From the NCBI GenBank assembly GCA_963695545.1, contig OY968796.1, positions 2,176,001 to 2,240,000 of the forward strand: 64,000 nucleotides of DNA, written 5' to 3'. The notes below the pieces were generated by a model that ran no database searches, was not told the DNA's origin, and saw only the letters and a program-made list of their open reading frames with translations. This document shows, piece by piece, positions 31,691-42,835 of this stretch; within the stretch, counting starts at the first letter, position 1, and each line of letters opens with the position of its first letter. Made by a program: the position numbers and the translations under genes. The stretch is from Terriglobia bacterium. Lineage in GTDB: Bacteria; Acidobacteriota; Terriglobia; Acidiferrales; UBA7541.

Positions 31691-32560
31691 ATGCCGGTCG
31701 GCAAAATTCGGACGGTCGCGGTGATCGGCGGGGGCACGATGGGTGCCGGCATCGCTCATGTTTTTGCGCGTTCCGGTTACGGCGTGATTCTGCGCGACGT
31801 TTCAGCGGAAGTGCTCGATCGCGCGCAGGCCACGATCGCGGCGAATCTCGATCGCGAAGTGAAAAATGGCAAAGTGGCCGCCGGCACGAAGCCCGAAATT
31901 CTCGCGCGCATTCATGCGACCACAGACGCGGCGCGCTTGACCGAAGCCGATTTCGCCGTCGAAGCCGTGCCCGAGCGGCTGGAACTGAAGCGCGCGGTGC
32001 TCCGCGACGCCGATCGCGTTTTGCGGCCCGAAGCCATTCTCGCGAGCAACACTTCCTCGATTTCTATTGCCGCGCTGGCTGCGGCGACTTCGCGGCCCGA
32101 TCGTTTCGTGGGTATGCACTTCATGAATCCGGTGCCGGTGATGGAATTGGTCGAAGTGGTGCGCGCGCCGCAAACGAGTGAAGCGACGCTCGCAACCACG
32201 ATGGAGATTGCCCGCTCGCTCGGAAAAACGCCGGTGGCCGTGAATGATGCTCCGGGCTTCGTTGCCAATCGCGTGCTGATGCCGATGATCAACGAAGCGG
32301 CGTTTGCCGTGATGGAGGGCGTGGCCACGCCGGAAGCGGTGGACGCCGTGATGCGCACGGGTATGAATCATCCGATGGGGCCGCTGGAGCTTGCCGACCT
32401 GATTGGAATCGACGTGTGCGTGGATATTCTGGATGTGCTGGAAGCCGGATTTCCCCGCTCGAAAGAAGCCTCGAAGTACAGTGCCTGCCCGTTGCTGCGG
32501 AAGATGGTCGCCGAGGGGCGGCTGGGCCGAAAATCGGGCCGCGGCTTTTACAAATACTGA
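31691..32560 (+). CDS. 3-hydroxybutyryl-CoA dehydrogenase
   Basis: GGGTMGAG, SNTSS, GMHFMNP, PGFVANR, GRKSGRGFY. Confidence 0.93.
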   Translation: MPVGKIRTVAVIGGGTMGAGIAHVFARSGYGVILRDVSAEVLDRAQATIAANLDREVKNGKVAAGTKPEILARIHATTDAARLTEADFAVEAVPERLELKRAVLRDADRVLRPEAILASNTSSISIAALAAATSRPDRFVGMHFMNPVPVMELVEVVRAPQTSEATLATTMEIARSLGKTPVAVNDAPGFVANRVLMPMINEAAFAVMEGVATPEAVDAVMRTGMNHPMGPLELADLIGIDVCVDILDVLEAGFPRSKEASKYSACPLLRKMVAEGRLGRKSGRGFYKY

Positions 32561-32615
32561 GAAATCGCAAGCGGGTCGACGGACCGCTCGGCGTTTCGCA
32601 TACCAGGCTTTTCCA

Positions 32616-34227
32616 TCACTGATTAGGGACTTCTGAATTCGGCGCGGGTGTAAGGATGATGATTTCGTTGAATTGTTGGTCCCGCGTGAGCGGCGGGAAG
32701 GAGTACATGTTCTGGACGTAGGGGACGGAGGGGTCGCCCGCGACGGTGGCCAGGCGCATTTTATCGGGTGGAATCTGGGACCAGAAGATTCGCGTGGGAG
32801 TGCTGCGGTCGGTGACGCCCCAGACTTTGCGCTCGCTGCCCATTTCATAAAGAGTCCAATTGACGTGGAACGTCGCGGGCCAAACCATCCAGTAATCGCC
32901 GAGGATGTGAGTTGCGCCGGACTGAAGAATTGCCGGAGTGTGCTGGCCTAGTGTTTGGTCAAGATCGGCGCGCACTTTTGCGAGCGACGGGCGGCCGTAA
33001 AGATATAGGGGCGTGCACAGAAACAGAATCATGGCCGTGGCCATCAGGGCGCGTCGCGCGCTGAGGCGGAGGAGGCTATAAAGAGGAAGCAGCGCCCAGG
33101 CGACGGCGCCGACTTGCAGCAGGACCATCGATTGCAGGGCGAATCGTGGATCAAATTCGGTGTTCTGAATATGCGAAAGACTTCCCATCAGCAGAAAGCT
33201 GACGAGCGCGGACGTTATCAGGATCGCCGCGGGAGGATTGGTTCCGCGGATTTTTCCACGCGCGAAAAGGCGAACAAGCACTCCCAATGCGAGCAGCGAC
33301 GCGACGGCGATTCCCCACGATCCAACCAGGTACTCGGACCAGACGCTCTTCGCAAACTGAAACCAGACTTCTGGCAACCTCCACGGCTGGACCGGAGGGT
33401 AAGGCCAATCGCCGTCCGCAGCCGCGATGGAAACGATTCCGGACCAGGCATAGCTGGCTGCGAAGCTGAGAAGTACGAGCAGTGCGGCAATACCCGAATC
33501 GTGATGGAGAAAACTTTTCGTTTTTGAAATGAACGACGGGGAAATGTTCCGCTGGCCGCTGCTTGAGATGCCGCCAACAGTGGCCCTGCTCCCGCGCACC
33601 GCGAGGTCGAGATACCAGCGGAAAAAAATGAGAGGGAGCAGGACAAAAATAACGGCGGCATCGACCCACGAGGCCAGAAGAAGGCACATTAGACCGAAAG
33701 TAATTCGGAGTGGGCGAGAATATTTCGAGTTTTCGAGCAGCAGCAGAGCGGCCAACCCGAAGAACATTCCAACGCCGTACGGTTGCGCGAGGCCGAGGTA
33801 GAGAAAGCGCGTCAGTGGCGTTAAAGAGCAGAAAAAGGGAAGCGGCGAGGGCGCCTGTAAAGAGCCAGGCTCTGGGCACGACGTAGCGCGCGCATAAAAA
33901 GAAAGCAGCCAAGCCGCAGAACACATTGATCGCAGACTGGACCAGCAGATTTGTGAGTGGATTCTTAAAGGGCATCGCCAGGAGCGGAACGAGCATACCC
34001 AGGCGGTCCTGATCCCAGTAGAAGGGCGTCCAGCGGTACAAGCTCACCATTACCGGCACGATCGAATCGCTGTTGTGCAGGCGATGAAACGATCCGAAGT
34101 CGACGCACAGCGCGGCGACGGCGGCGGCGGTCCAAAATAAAATTGTCTGAGCGCGGGGCTGCGTAACTTGCGGTGGATCTGCTTGCGCTGCGGCCAGCGG
34201 GGTGGTGCGATTCGAAGGAATTTCCAT
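32616..34227 (-). pseudogene. Polytopic membrane protein (GT-C-like) split by a frameshift near 33812
   Basis: The frame from MEIPS... (with YWDQDRLGML) reads to LFNAT; the membrane-protein-like sequence then continues in another frame as TRFLYLGLAQPY... Confidence 0.65.
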
Positions 34228-34319
34228 TTTGGCCCGGCCCAACGGGCGACGCGCATCTTACCGTGCCGGTCCAGAATGCTCCAGTCAGGGTTCTGGCGTG
34301 GCGGAAACGCCGCGTGGAG

Positions 34320-35351
34320 CTACGGCCAAATCTTGTTCAGGATCATGGAGAGGCGGACGCCGGCTTTGGCCAATTGCTCTTCGATGACGGGCGCGGCGGC
34401 GTCTTGATAATCCTGGCCGATCTGTTCGTTTAGCGCGAGCATTCGCTCGCCGATGTGATTGTTGTCAGCGCAGGAATTGATTGCGACCGGCGATTCGATC
34501 GGAATCTTCACGGGCAAATCGCCGTATGAAACTTTCTCCGCGAGCTCGTGGCTCTCCCATCCCCAATTGTCGAAGATCATGCCGCCGTGCTGCCAGGATG
34601 CGATCTGGGATTTGAATTGCTGGTCGAGTTGCGCGGCGAATTGATCCAGGGATTGGCCTTCCGATATTCGCCCCAGGATCCTGGAGTCCCACGCGTTGTG
34701 CAGATTCGGATAGTAGGCAATCACAGGGTGCGGAATATAGGGGGGGCCGGGCATGTACGATGTCACCTTCGTGGCCTTGGGAGGAGCGCCGAAAAAGGTG
34801 ACGGGAACGCAATTGCCGCCCTGATCGCTGTTGGTGGTGCAGTGCAGCGGCTGGTGAATGTCTCCGGCAAAGTGGATCACGAATCGCAGGGCGTTGGCTT
34901 TGGCTGCCGGATCGGCTCCCGGAGAATTGAGGATTGCGATCTGAGCTTTGAGCGCGGCCGTGATGCAGCTCGTGGAGGCGGAGCAATACTGATCGATATT
35001 GCGCCGCTTTGCGCCGCGGGGAATATCGAAGAAATGCCAGCCCTCGGTTTCCGGGTGACCGGTACGGTAATCGTCGGCCCAAGTGGAGGCGTCGACGATC
35101 GGGTCTGCGCTCACCGGCTGGCAATATCGCTTGAGATCGGGATCAATGGGATTGTCTTTCAGGATTTTGTCGGCCATCGCCAGCGCGCGCGGGTTGAGAT
35201 GCATTTCGGCGATGAGCGCGACGGTCTGATGGCCTTCGCAGCCCCACGCGCGCGCCTGGGGAGTGGCCGCAACGAAGCAGAAAATCGTGATTAGGATGGC
35301 AGGGGTAAGGATGCGTTTCACCGAAGACCTCCTGGGGCGTAGCATCGACAT
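34320..35351 (-). CDS. Secreted S1/P1 nuclease
   Basis: Signal peptide followed by WGCEGH, WADD, WHF, HFAGDIHQPLH, GGN, NLHNAWD, LAKAGVRL. Confidence 0.93.
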   Translation of the reverse strand: MSMLRPRRSSVKRILTPAILITIFCFVAATPQARAWGCEGHQTVALIAEMHLNPRALAMADKILKDNPIDPDLKRYCQPVSADPIVDASTWADDYRTGHPETEGWHFFDIPRGAKRRNIDQYCSASTSCITAALKAQIAILNSPGADPAAKANALRFVIHFAGDIHQPLHCTTNSDQGGNCVPVTFFGAPPKATKVTSYMPGPPYIPHPVIAYYPNLHNAWDSRILGRISEGQSLDQFAAQLDQQFKSQIASWQHGGMIFDNWGWESHELAEKVSYGDLPVKIPIESPVAINSCADNNHIGERMLALNEQIGQDYQDAAAPVIEEQLAKAGVRLSMILNKIWP

Positions 35352-35507
35352 AATGATAGTGCAGCAACGCCTGGGAGCAAAGTTTGCGGAGTTTTCCGCG
35401 TCCGATCGCGCCCGCGGAGCGGAACCTGGTCTTCGGGCCGGTCACTGACCGCGCACGTTTGGAGATGTTTGGGGCGCGCGTACAGAACCGAGGGCTAGAA
35501 TAGAGGC

Positions 35508-35654
35508 ATGGAGAAGAAGATATTCTGGATTACGTTCACGGTTCTCGGACTGATCGCGGATTTCGCGCTGCCGCTGTGGTGGGCGGTGATCGCCACGATT
35601 CCGATCGGCTATGCGAGCTGGTGGCTCGCGTACCGCAGCGGCTGGCTGGGCTGA
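35508..35654 (+). CDS. Small 48-aa membrane protein (absent from the ORF track)
   Basis: AGAGG immediately before the ATG; MEKKIFWITFTVLGLIADFALPLWWAVIATIPIGYASWWLAYRSGWLG; third codon positions mostly G/C. Confidence 0.7.
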   Translation: MEKKIFWITFTVLGLIADFALPLWWAVIATIPIGYASWWLAYRSGWLG

Positions 35655-35764
35655 CGATCTATCCTCCTTCGAGTCTCCTCGAACACAGTTTGATCCGCCG
35701 TAAGTTTGAAATTCTTCAGTTTCGATTGATCCGGACGCGAAGCGACGAATATACTTCGGGCGTT

Positions 35765-36193
35765 ATGGAGCCCCGGATCAGCATCATTACTCTTGGCGTG
35801 AAGGACCTGGAGCGCTCTTTGCGCTTCTATCGAGACGGCCTCGGATTGCCGACGACGCGGCGGGCGGAGCAGGGAATCATTTTCTTTCAAACTTCCGGAG
35901 CGTGCCTTGCTCTCTACCCCTACCCTGAACTCGCAAAGGACGTATCGGAAGCCTTTCTGGTCGAGAAGTCGAAATTCACGGGCATCACGCTGGCTCATAA
36001 CGTGCGGCGCAAGGAAGACGTGGACAGCGTCCTGCGACAGGCCGAGTTGGCGGGCGCCAAGATCGAAAAGGCCGCTGCAAATACGGATTGGGGCGGGTAT
36101 AGCGGCTATTTTTCCGATCCGGACGGCTATCTTTGGGAAGTGGCGTGGGGAGCATTCGAGATTCGGGACGACGGAAGTTTGATCATTACCTGA
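35765..36193 (+). CDS. VOC/glyoxalase family protein
   Basis: MEPRISIITLGVKDLERSLRFY...WGGYSGYFSDPDGYLWEVAW. Confidence 0.9.
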   Translation: MEPRISIITLGVKDLERSLRFYRDGLGLPTTRRAEQGIIFFQTSGACLALYPYPELAKDVSEAFLVEKSKFTGITLAHNVRRKEDVDSVLRQAELAGAKIEKAAANTDWGGYSGYFSDPDGYLWEVAWGAFEIRDDGSLIIT

Positions 36194-36263
36194 GCGATGC
36201 CGGGCGCGCGGCAGGCTCGGGAATTCCCCTGTTCAAACTGGGCGGGCAAGCGGATGATCCGGG

Positions 36264-36306
36264 AGGCGAATAATGTATTTGCTTTTTCTTCGCCTCGTGG
36301 TAGGAT
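36264..36306 (+). promoter_or_regulatory. recA promoter with candidate LexA site
   Basis: AGGCGAA...TTTGCTT-TTTC-TTCGCCT overlapping the -35 and spacer; -10 TAGGAT; matches the lexA promoter repeat. Confidence 0.55.
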
Positions 36307-36417
36307 GTCGGGCGTGGTGACGCGAAAAACAACTTTGCCCTGCTCCATAGACTTTCTGGTAAACTTGGCGACCGCAGGCAGCCTCGCGTCCCCGAACTGC
36401 CCCCATCGAGGTGAGTT

Positions 36418-37545
<1,128 letters not shown>

Positions 37546-37747
37546 TTTTGGCTGGCCCCAATCGAGATATTAGCCGCCGAAATTGGATCGCAGAGCGGCT
37601 GACACTGGCCAATCGTACAGGTACGTTCAAGCACCGTGGTGCAACGTTGAGCCTTGCCCGCCGCATCTCAGTTTACATAGAATAGACGCAGGTAGGCTTT
37701 CCTCGCGGCCGGGCAATTCAGGACCCGCGGTAAGTCACCGGGCCCTT

Positions 37748-38932
37748 ATGCGGATACCCAACCCTATTCGGCGGGCTCTGGCGATTGTGGCGTGCGCGAT
37801 GTTCCTTTGCGTGCCGCCTGCTCCATTGTGGAGCGCGGGGGCCGCGCCTCGTCCGGGAACGACGACTTCGACTACGACAACGAGGACCGCGCGAAAGCGC
37901 AGCGTAACTCGTTATGGCGTGCCGACGTACGCCGATTCCACAATCGGCGATGACACGGAATACGACGATCCGATTGTGCGCCAGGCCGCGGTCGACGCGC
38001 TGGGGCGCTTCAATGGCGCGGTGGTGGCGATCGATCCGAATAACGGCCGTATCCTCACGGTCGTGAATCAGCAACTTGCGTTTTCCGCGGGATTCATTCC
38101 TTGTTCGACGATCAAGCCGGTGATCGCGCTGGCCGCGCTCGAGCAGGGCGTAATCAACCAGGACAGCATGCTCGAGGTGGCGCGCCGCCGGTACATGAAT
38201 TTGACCGAGGCGCTGGCGCACTCGAACAACGAATTCTTTGCGAGTTTGGGCCGCGAGATGGGCTTCGACACGGTGCTGCACTACGCTCAAATGATGGGCC
38301 TGGGCGAGCGCACCGGATATAACATTCCAGAAGAACAGGCTGGCGTGTTGCCGACGGCGCCGCCGCTGAATGGTGGCGTCGGGCGGATGTCCAGCTTCGG
38401 CGAAGGCATTCAGATCACGCCGTTTGAATTGGGCTCAGTGGTCGCGACGATCGCGAATGGCGGAACGATGTACTACTTGCAATATCCGCGTACGCAGGAA
38501 GCGCGCGACAACTTTGAGCCGCGCATCAAGCGGCAGCTGGCGATCGAATCGCTGCTGCCCGAGATTCGCGACGGCATGCTGGCCGCCGTGCTGTACGGCA
38601 CAGCGCAGCGAAGTTGGGACTACGACGATAACGAGCAGCCGCTGGGCAAGACTGGCTCGTGTTCAGATTCGGCTTCGCGCATCGGCTGGTTTGCTTCCTA
38701 CGCCGACGAACTGCATCCGCGCATCGTGCTCGTGGTGCTGATGCGCGGTCACAACCACGTGGTCGAAGGCCCGATGGCCGCGGGAATTGCCGGGCGCATT
38801 TATCACCGCTTGAACGAAGAAAACTATTTCGCTTCGGAACTGCCCGCCGGGGAAACGAGACCTTCGATTCCCGCCGCGACCGCCGCTTCCGCGACGTCCG
38901 ACGCCTCGGGCGCAGCCGGATCCGTCCGCTAG
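37748..38932 (+). CDS. Penicillin-binding transpeptidase-domain protein
   Basis: SxxK (STIK), SxN (SNN) and KTG motifs; signal peptide. Confidence 0.85.
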   Translation: MRIPNPIRRALAIVACAMFLCVPPAPLWSAGAAPRPGTTTSTTTTRTARKRSVTRYGVPTYADSTIGDDTEYDDPIVRQAAVDALGRFNGAVVAIDPNNGRILTVVNQQLAFSAGFIPCSTIKPVIALAALEQGVINQDSMLEVARRRYMNLTEALAHSNNEFFASLGREMGFDTVLHYAQMMGLGERTGYNIPEEQAGVLPTAPPLNGGVGRMSSFGEGIQITPFELGSVVATIANGGTMYYLQYPRTQEARDNFEPRIKRQLAIESLLPEIRDGMLAAVLYGTAQRSWDYDDNEQPLGKTGSCSDSASRIGWFASYADELHPRIVLVVLMRGHNHVVEGPMAAGIAGRIYHRLNEENYFASELPAGETRPSIPAATAASATSDASGAAGSVR

Positions 38933-39035
38933 GCGCGACCACTCTCCGTCTTTCGCTGTTCTCGCATTTTTCCCTCACACGTTCGCGGTTTGAGGTAGGA
39001 TGTGCGCTCACCGTTCGTCTCGCCGGAGGAATGTG

Positions 39036-40085
39036 ATGCGCTTTGTGAAAATCCTGGGCTACACAGTACTCGTGCTGCTCGCGGTGCTCGCCGTGGGAAT
39101 CACGTTCACGATTGGCTGGCGGCCGTTCATTGGTCCGAAGGCGCGGCCGCTGACTGATCGCAAATTCGATGTAACGCCAGCGCGGCTGGAGCGCGGCCGG
39201 TACCTTGTGGAGAACGTTGCCGGCTGCATGGATTGCCATTCGCAGCACGATTGGACGCAGCACGACAGGCCGATCCTCCCCGGCATGGAAGGCGCCGGCG
39301 GCAACATGCCCTTGGCCGGCTTGCCGGGCGTCGTGAATCCGCCGAATATAACGCCGGATCCCGAAACCGGCGCGGGCACCTGGACCGACGACCAACTCGC
39401 GCGCGCCATCCGCGAAGGAATTGGCCACGACGGCCGCGCGCTGTTTCCGATGATGCCGTACCACGATTTCCGCAGCATGTCGGATGAGGACTTGGCTTCG
39501 GTCGTGGTATACCTGCGCTCGCTGCCGCCGGTGCACAACGTGGTTCCTCCCACGCAGATAATTTTCCCGGTGAAGTATTTGATGCGCAGCGTTCCGCAGC
39601 CGCTGACCGCGCCGGTTCCGGAACCTGATCTTTCCACTCCCGTAAAGCGCGGCGCGTATCTTGTGACAATCGCGGGTTGCCGAGACTGCCATACGCCGGA
39701 AGACAAGCATGGCAATTCCATCACGAAACTCGATCTTGCCGGCGGTTTTGTTTTGGACGGGCCTTGGGGAAAAGTGGCTTCCGCGAATATCACTCCTGAC
39801 CCGAGCGGCATTCCCTATTACAGCGACGTGCTTTTTCTGCAGGCTCTCCGGAGTGGCTACGTCGGATCGCGCAAGCTTTCGCAGATCATGCCCTGGGCCA
39901 CATTTCGCGGCATGACCGATCAGGATTTGCTCTCGATCTTCGCTTATCTGAAGACTGTTCCGCCGATTCATCACCGCGTGGACAACTCTTTGCCTCCCAC
40001 ACTGTGCCCGCTGGACGGAAACATGCATGGCGGCGGTGATGGCAACGCGGCGCCGAGTGCAAGCTCGAGCGGCACATCGAACTGA
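39036..40085 (+). CDS. Di-haem c-type cytochrome
   Basis: CMDCH and CRDCH; repeated NITPD; N-terminal transmembrane helix. Confidence 0.88.
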   Translation: MRFVKILGYTVLVLLAVLAVGITFTIGWRPFIGPKARPLTDRKFDVTPARLERGRYLVENVAGCMDCHSQHDWTQHDRPILPGMEGAGGNMPLAGLPGVVNPPNITPDPETGAGTWTDDQLARAIREGIGHDGRALFPMMPYHDFRSMSDEDLASVVVYLRSLPPVHNVVPPTQIIFPVKYLMRSVPQPLTAPVPEPDLSTPVKRGAYLVTIAGCRDCHTPEDKHGNSITKLDLAGGFVLDGPWGKVASANITPDPSGIPYYSDVLFLQALRSGYVGSRKLSQIMPWATFRGMTDQDLLSIFAYLKTVPPIHHRVDNSLPPTLCPLDGNMHGGGDGNAAPSASSSGTSN

Positions 40086-40100
40086 GAATCGAATCACGGG

Positions 40101-42065
40101 CTAGTCCTGATTCGCGCCGCTGAATGCGGCGCCCTGTGCGGCAAGGACGGCCGGAAGTTTCTCCGGGTGGTCGACGAGATCAAGTACGCCCACGCGAATA
40201 TCGACCGGAGCTCCGAAAAATTCGCGCTGATCGGAAGGGAGAGGGGGGCCTCCCGGGCTGCCGGCTGCGGGGATCGGCGCCGGAAGCTGTACGGCGTACA
40301 TGCTGCCGCCCGCGAGCGCCTCATGCGGGTACTCCATGATCCAGGCGCAATTGTGCGTATCAAGAATCATGTTGGCCGAGAGCACCACCCACTGGCCCTG
40401 GTCCGCGGGCGTGGGCTGCTGGCAATTCCACAGCCGCGCTTGCGGGGCGACCACGCTGGGATCGAAGAGACCGTAAGAGTCCACCTCGATTCTTTGTAGG
40501 CCGCGCTGTTCGGCAAAGCGCGCCACTTCGGGCATGGCCTGGCCCCAATCAACATTCGCGTCGTTCACCAGCGTGTATGCGGGATGCTCGAAGCTGAGAG
40601 CGTTGACATAGGGGAAGTAATACGGATACGTGCGCACTGCCGTGAACAAGCAGCAGAGAGCCATCACAGCGGCGAGTGCGGCCGTAAGGCGCTCCGGCGC
40701 GGGAGCGGACGCGCGAAGCCGCTTCAACATTTGGGGCAGGGGAGCCAGCATTAAAATCAGCAGAACTACCGGAATGGTGAAATGGCGGAAGCTGATATCG
40801 AGGCGGCTCGCCATGCAAACAGCCGTGAACACGATGAGCGAGGTCCACAACGCCCGCCAGTGCAAGCCCCATTCCGCGGGAATGACGGACGGACCGCCCG
40901 GCTCGCGACGCCGACGATGCAGCGCAACGGCGATTGCCAGGACGAGCAGTCCGAGGAATCCCAGCGGAGATTTGAAAAGGAAAACGACCGGAAAATAGAA
41001 CCAGACCCCGTGCTTATAGGCGTGACTCAGGATGAAGGTTGGCCGGCTTGAGGTGATCGCGAGCATGAAAAGCCCGCGCAGATAGAGCCACGGCGGCATG
41101 AGCAGACGGCGCAGAATCGCCGCCGCCGGCCAGTGACCGAGGCGATCGAGAGAGTCCGTCGGCTGGCGCAAAGAAAGGATGAAATAAACCACGTAAACGA
41201 AAAGAGCGGCCCACAGGATGCCGCTCCACGTCGCTCGCCGGCGAAGCCGGCGCCAGGCGCGCGCTTCCGGTTTTGTGCCAGGCTGGCCAGGCACAGGGCG
41301 CCAGAGGGTGCTGAGGGTAAACGCCGCGAAAGCGAAGAACAGAATTCCCGCTGAGAATTTGGAGAGCAGCGCGCCCGCCAGATTCAGAGCGAACCTCATG
41401 ACATTCCCGCGGCTGGGCTCCCGCCACACGCCGGCAAACGTCCATAACGTTGTGAGGGAAAACAGAGTGATCGCCAGGTCAGTGAGGACGAGGGGGCCGA
41501 ATGTGAGAAAGACGGGCATGGCGACGTACAGGCTAAGGCAGAGCAAACCGCCCCAGCCGCCTCCGAGACGCCGCCCGTACACAAAAACAATCCAGCCCAG
41601 CGCGAGCGTTAGAAGCAGCATGGGCGCGCGGGCCCAGGCAAGAGTTGTCGCCGGATCGTTCCAGCGCGTTTGAACCGAAGCGCCAAAGAAAACCTGTCCG
41701 AAATACGCAGGGAAGAATTCCTTACTCATGATCCAAGAAGGGGTCGAATAATCGGCGCGCACTCCGCGAATGACCAGCGGCAATGCCGCGAGAACTTTTG
41801 CCAGCGGCGGATGCTCTTCGTTCAAACGCAAATCGAGCCGTTGGAGATAACTTACTCCGGCACCGATGTGCGTCGGTTCGTCGAACGTGGCGGATTCGCG
41901 GCGCGCGGCCCCGCCCGCCAGAACCGCCATGAGCAGGAGCAGGAGCGCGGCCACAATCGGAAAGAAAACGCTCTGCTTGCCTTGAGCGCGGCCGTTGTCG
42001 CGCGGAACGGGCGGATTCGCGGGCACCGAGTTCTCCTCAGAGTCTGAAATCTGGTGCAAGACCAT
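40101..42065 (-). CDS. ArnT/GT39-like membrane glycosyltransferase
   Basis: ATFDEPTH, NEEHPPLAK, multiple transmembrane segments, DANVDWGQ; start uncertain. Confidence 0.8.
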   Translation of the reverse strand: MVLHQISDSEENSVPANPPVPRDNGRAQGKQSVFFPIVAALLLLLMAVLAGGAARRESATFDEPTHIGAGVSYLQRLDLRLNEEHPPLAKVLAALPLVIRGVRADYSTPSWIMSKEFFPAYFGQVFFGASVQTRWNDPATTLAWARAPMLLLTLALGWIVFVYGRRLGGGWGGLLCLSLYVAMPVFLTFGPLVLTDLAITLFSLTTLWTFAGVWREPSRGNVMRFALNLAGALLSKFSAGILFFAFAAFTLSTLWRPVPGQPGTKPEARAWRRLRRRATWSGILWAALFVYVVYFILSLRQPTDSLDRLGHWPAAAILRRLLMPPWLYLRGLFMLAITSSRPTFILSHAYKHGVWFYFPVVFLFKSPLGFLGLLVLAIAVALHRRRREPGGPSVIPAEWGLHWRALWTSLIVFTAVCMASRLDISFRHFTIPVVLLILMLAPLPQMLKRLRASAPAPERLTAALAAVMALCCLFTAVRTYPYYFPYVNALSFEHPAYTLVNDANVDWGQAMPEVARFAEQRGLQRIEVDSYGLFDPSVVAPQARLWNCQQPTPADQGQWVVLSANMILDTHNCAWIMEYPHEALAGGSMYAVQLPAPIPAAGSPGGPPLPSDQREFFGAPVDIRVGVLDLVDHPEKLPAVLAAQGAAFSGANQD

Positions 42066-42221
42066 AGGGCTGCTGCTCTCCGATGTCAACGTCGGGTTGC
42101 GCCGGCGGCTGGACGTTGAATTCAAAGGGGAATTGAACGGTACGCGCGGTAACGGCTCGATGCTTTGAGTTTTCCGGGAGTTGGCGGAAAAGCTTCAAGT
42201 CGCGGCTGAGGTTTGTGGTCG

Positions 42222-42654
42222 AGGGGGGTATACACCCCCGGGTATGTTTTGCGTAAGAGCGGCAAATACGGGACTTACAGGAAAAGAGTGACAAAGAGTG
42301 CGCAATTGATTGAGAACAATGGATTTGCGAGTGTTTGTTTTCAATGAGTTGCGCACTCTTTTGTATCGCCCTGAAAATAAAGGGGTTGGTGGGGCCACGT
42401 TGTAGAGATGAGTGCGTTCCTGTCGCAATGAATCGATGATATTTGGTAGGACGGGAACGGCGCCGCGAGGACGACGGGGTGTCAAGGACAACGCGGAGGC
42501 CTGCCTGTCGGCAGGCAGGCGTCAGAGAACGCGGAGGCTCGCGGAGATCCCTCGCTCGTTCGCCGGGCGGCGAGTTTTGTGCCAGGTTCATGCGATAGAT
42601 TAGCATGGATGATTACTGTAGGTCAACAGGTATTTGTAGGTTAGTATTCGAATA
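42222..42654 (-). repeat. Composite dispersed element, copy B
   Basis: Inverted homologue of 6757-7290: TATTCGAATA palindrome, TTGACC-N18-TAATCT, REP pieces, and the 129-bp array containing ~27-bp inverted arms. Confidence 0.85.
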
Positions 42655-42835
42655 GAAGTGTTCGAATGCCTGGCTGGTATTGTCGCGTTGTTGGCGCTGG
42701 GGTTGCGCTGCGCGCCGCGCGTGAGGCGAGGCAATACGAGTTGCGAGTGGGGCTCTCGGGGATATATTCTGCGGCGGCGGGGCACGCAAAATGGAAATTC
42801 CGGGTAGGTGCCCTGTGAGGGAGTGCGGAGCAATT

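Noticed and set aside
28778..31759. 993-aa minus-strand ORF and similar long antisense ORFs (808-2562, 11214-12989, 38526-40097)
   Set aside because: Arg/Ala-rich shadows of well-supported genes on the opposite strand, as expected in high-GC DNA
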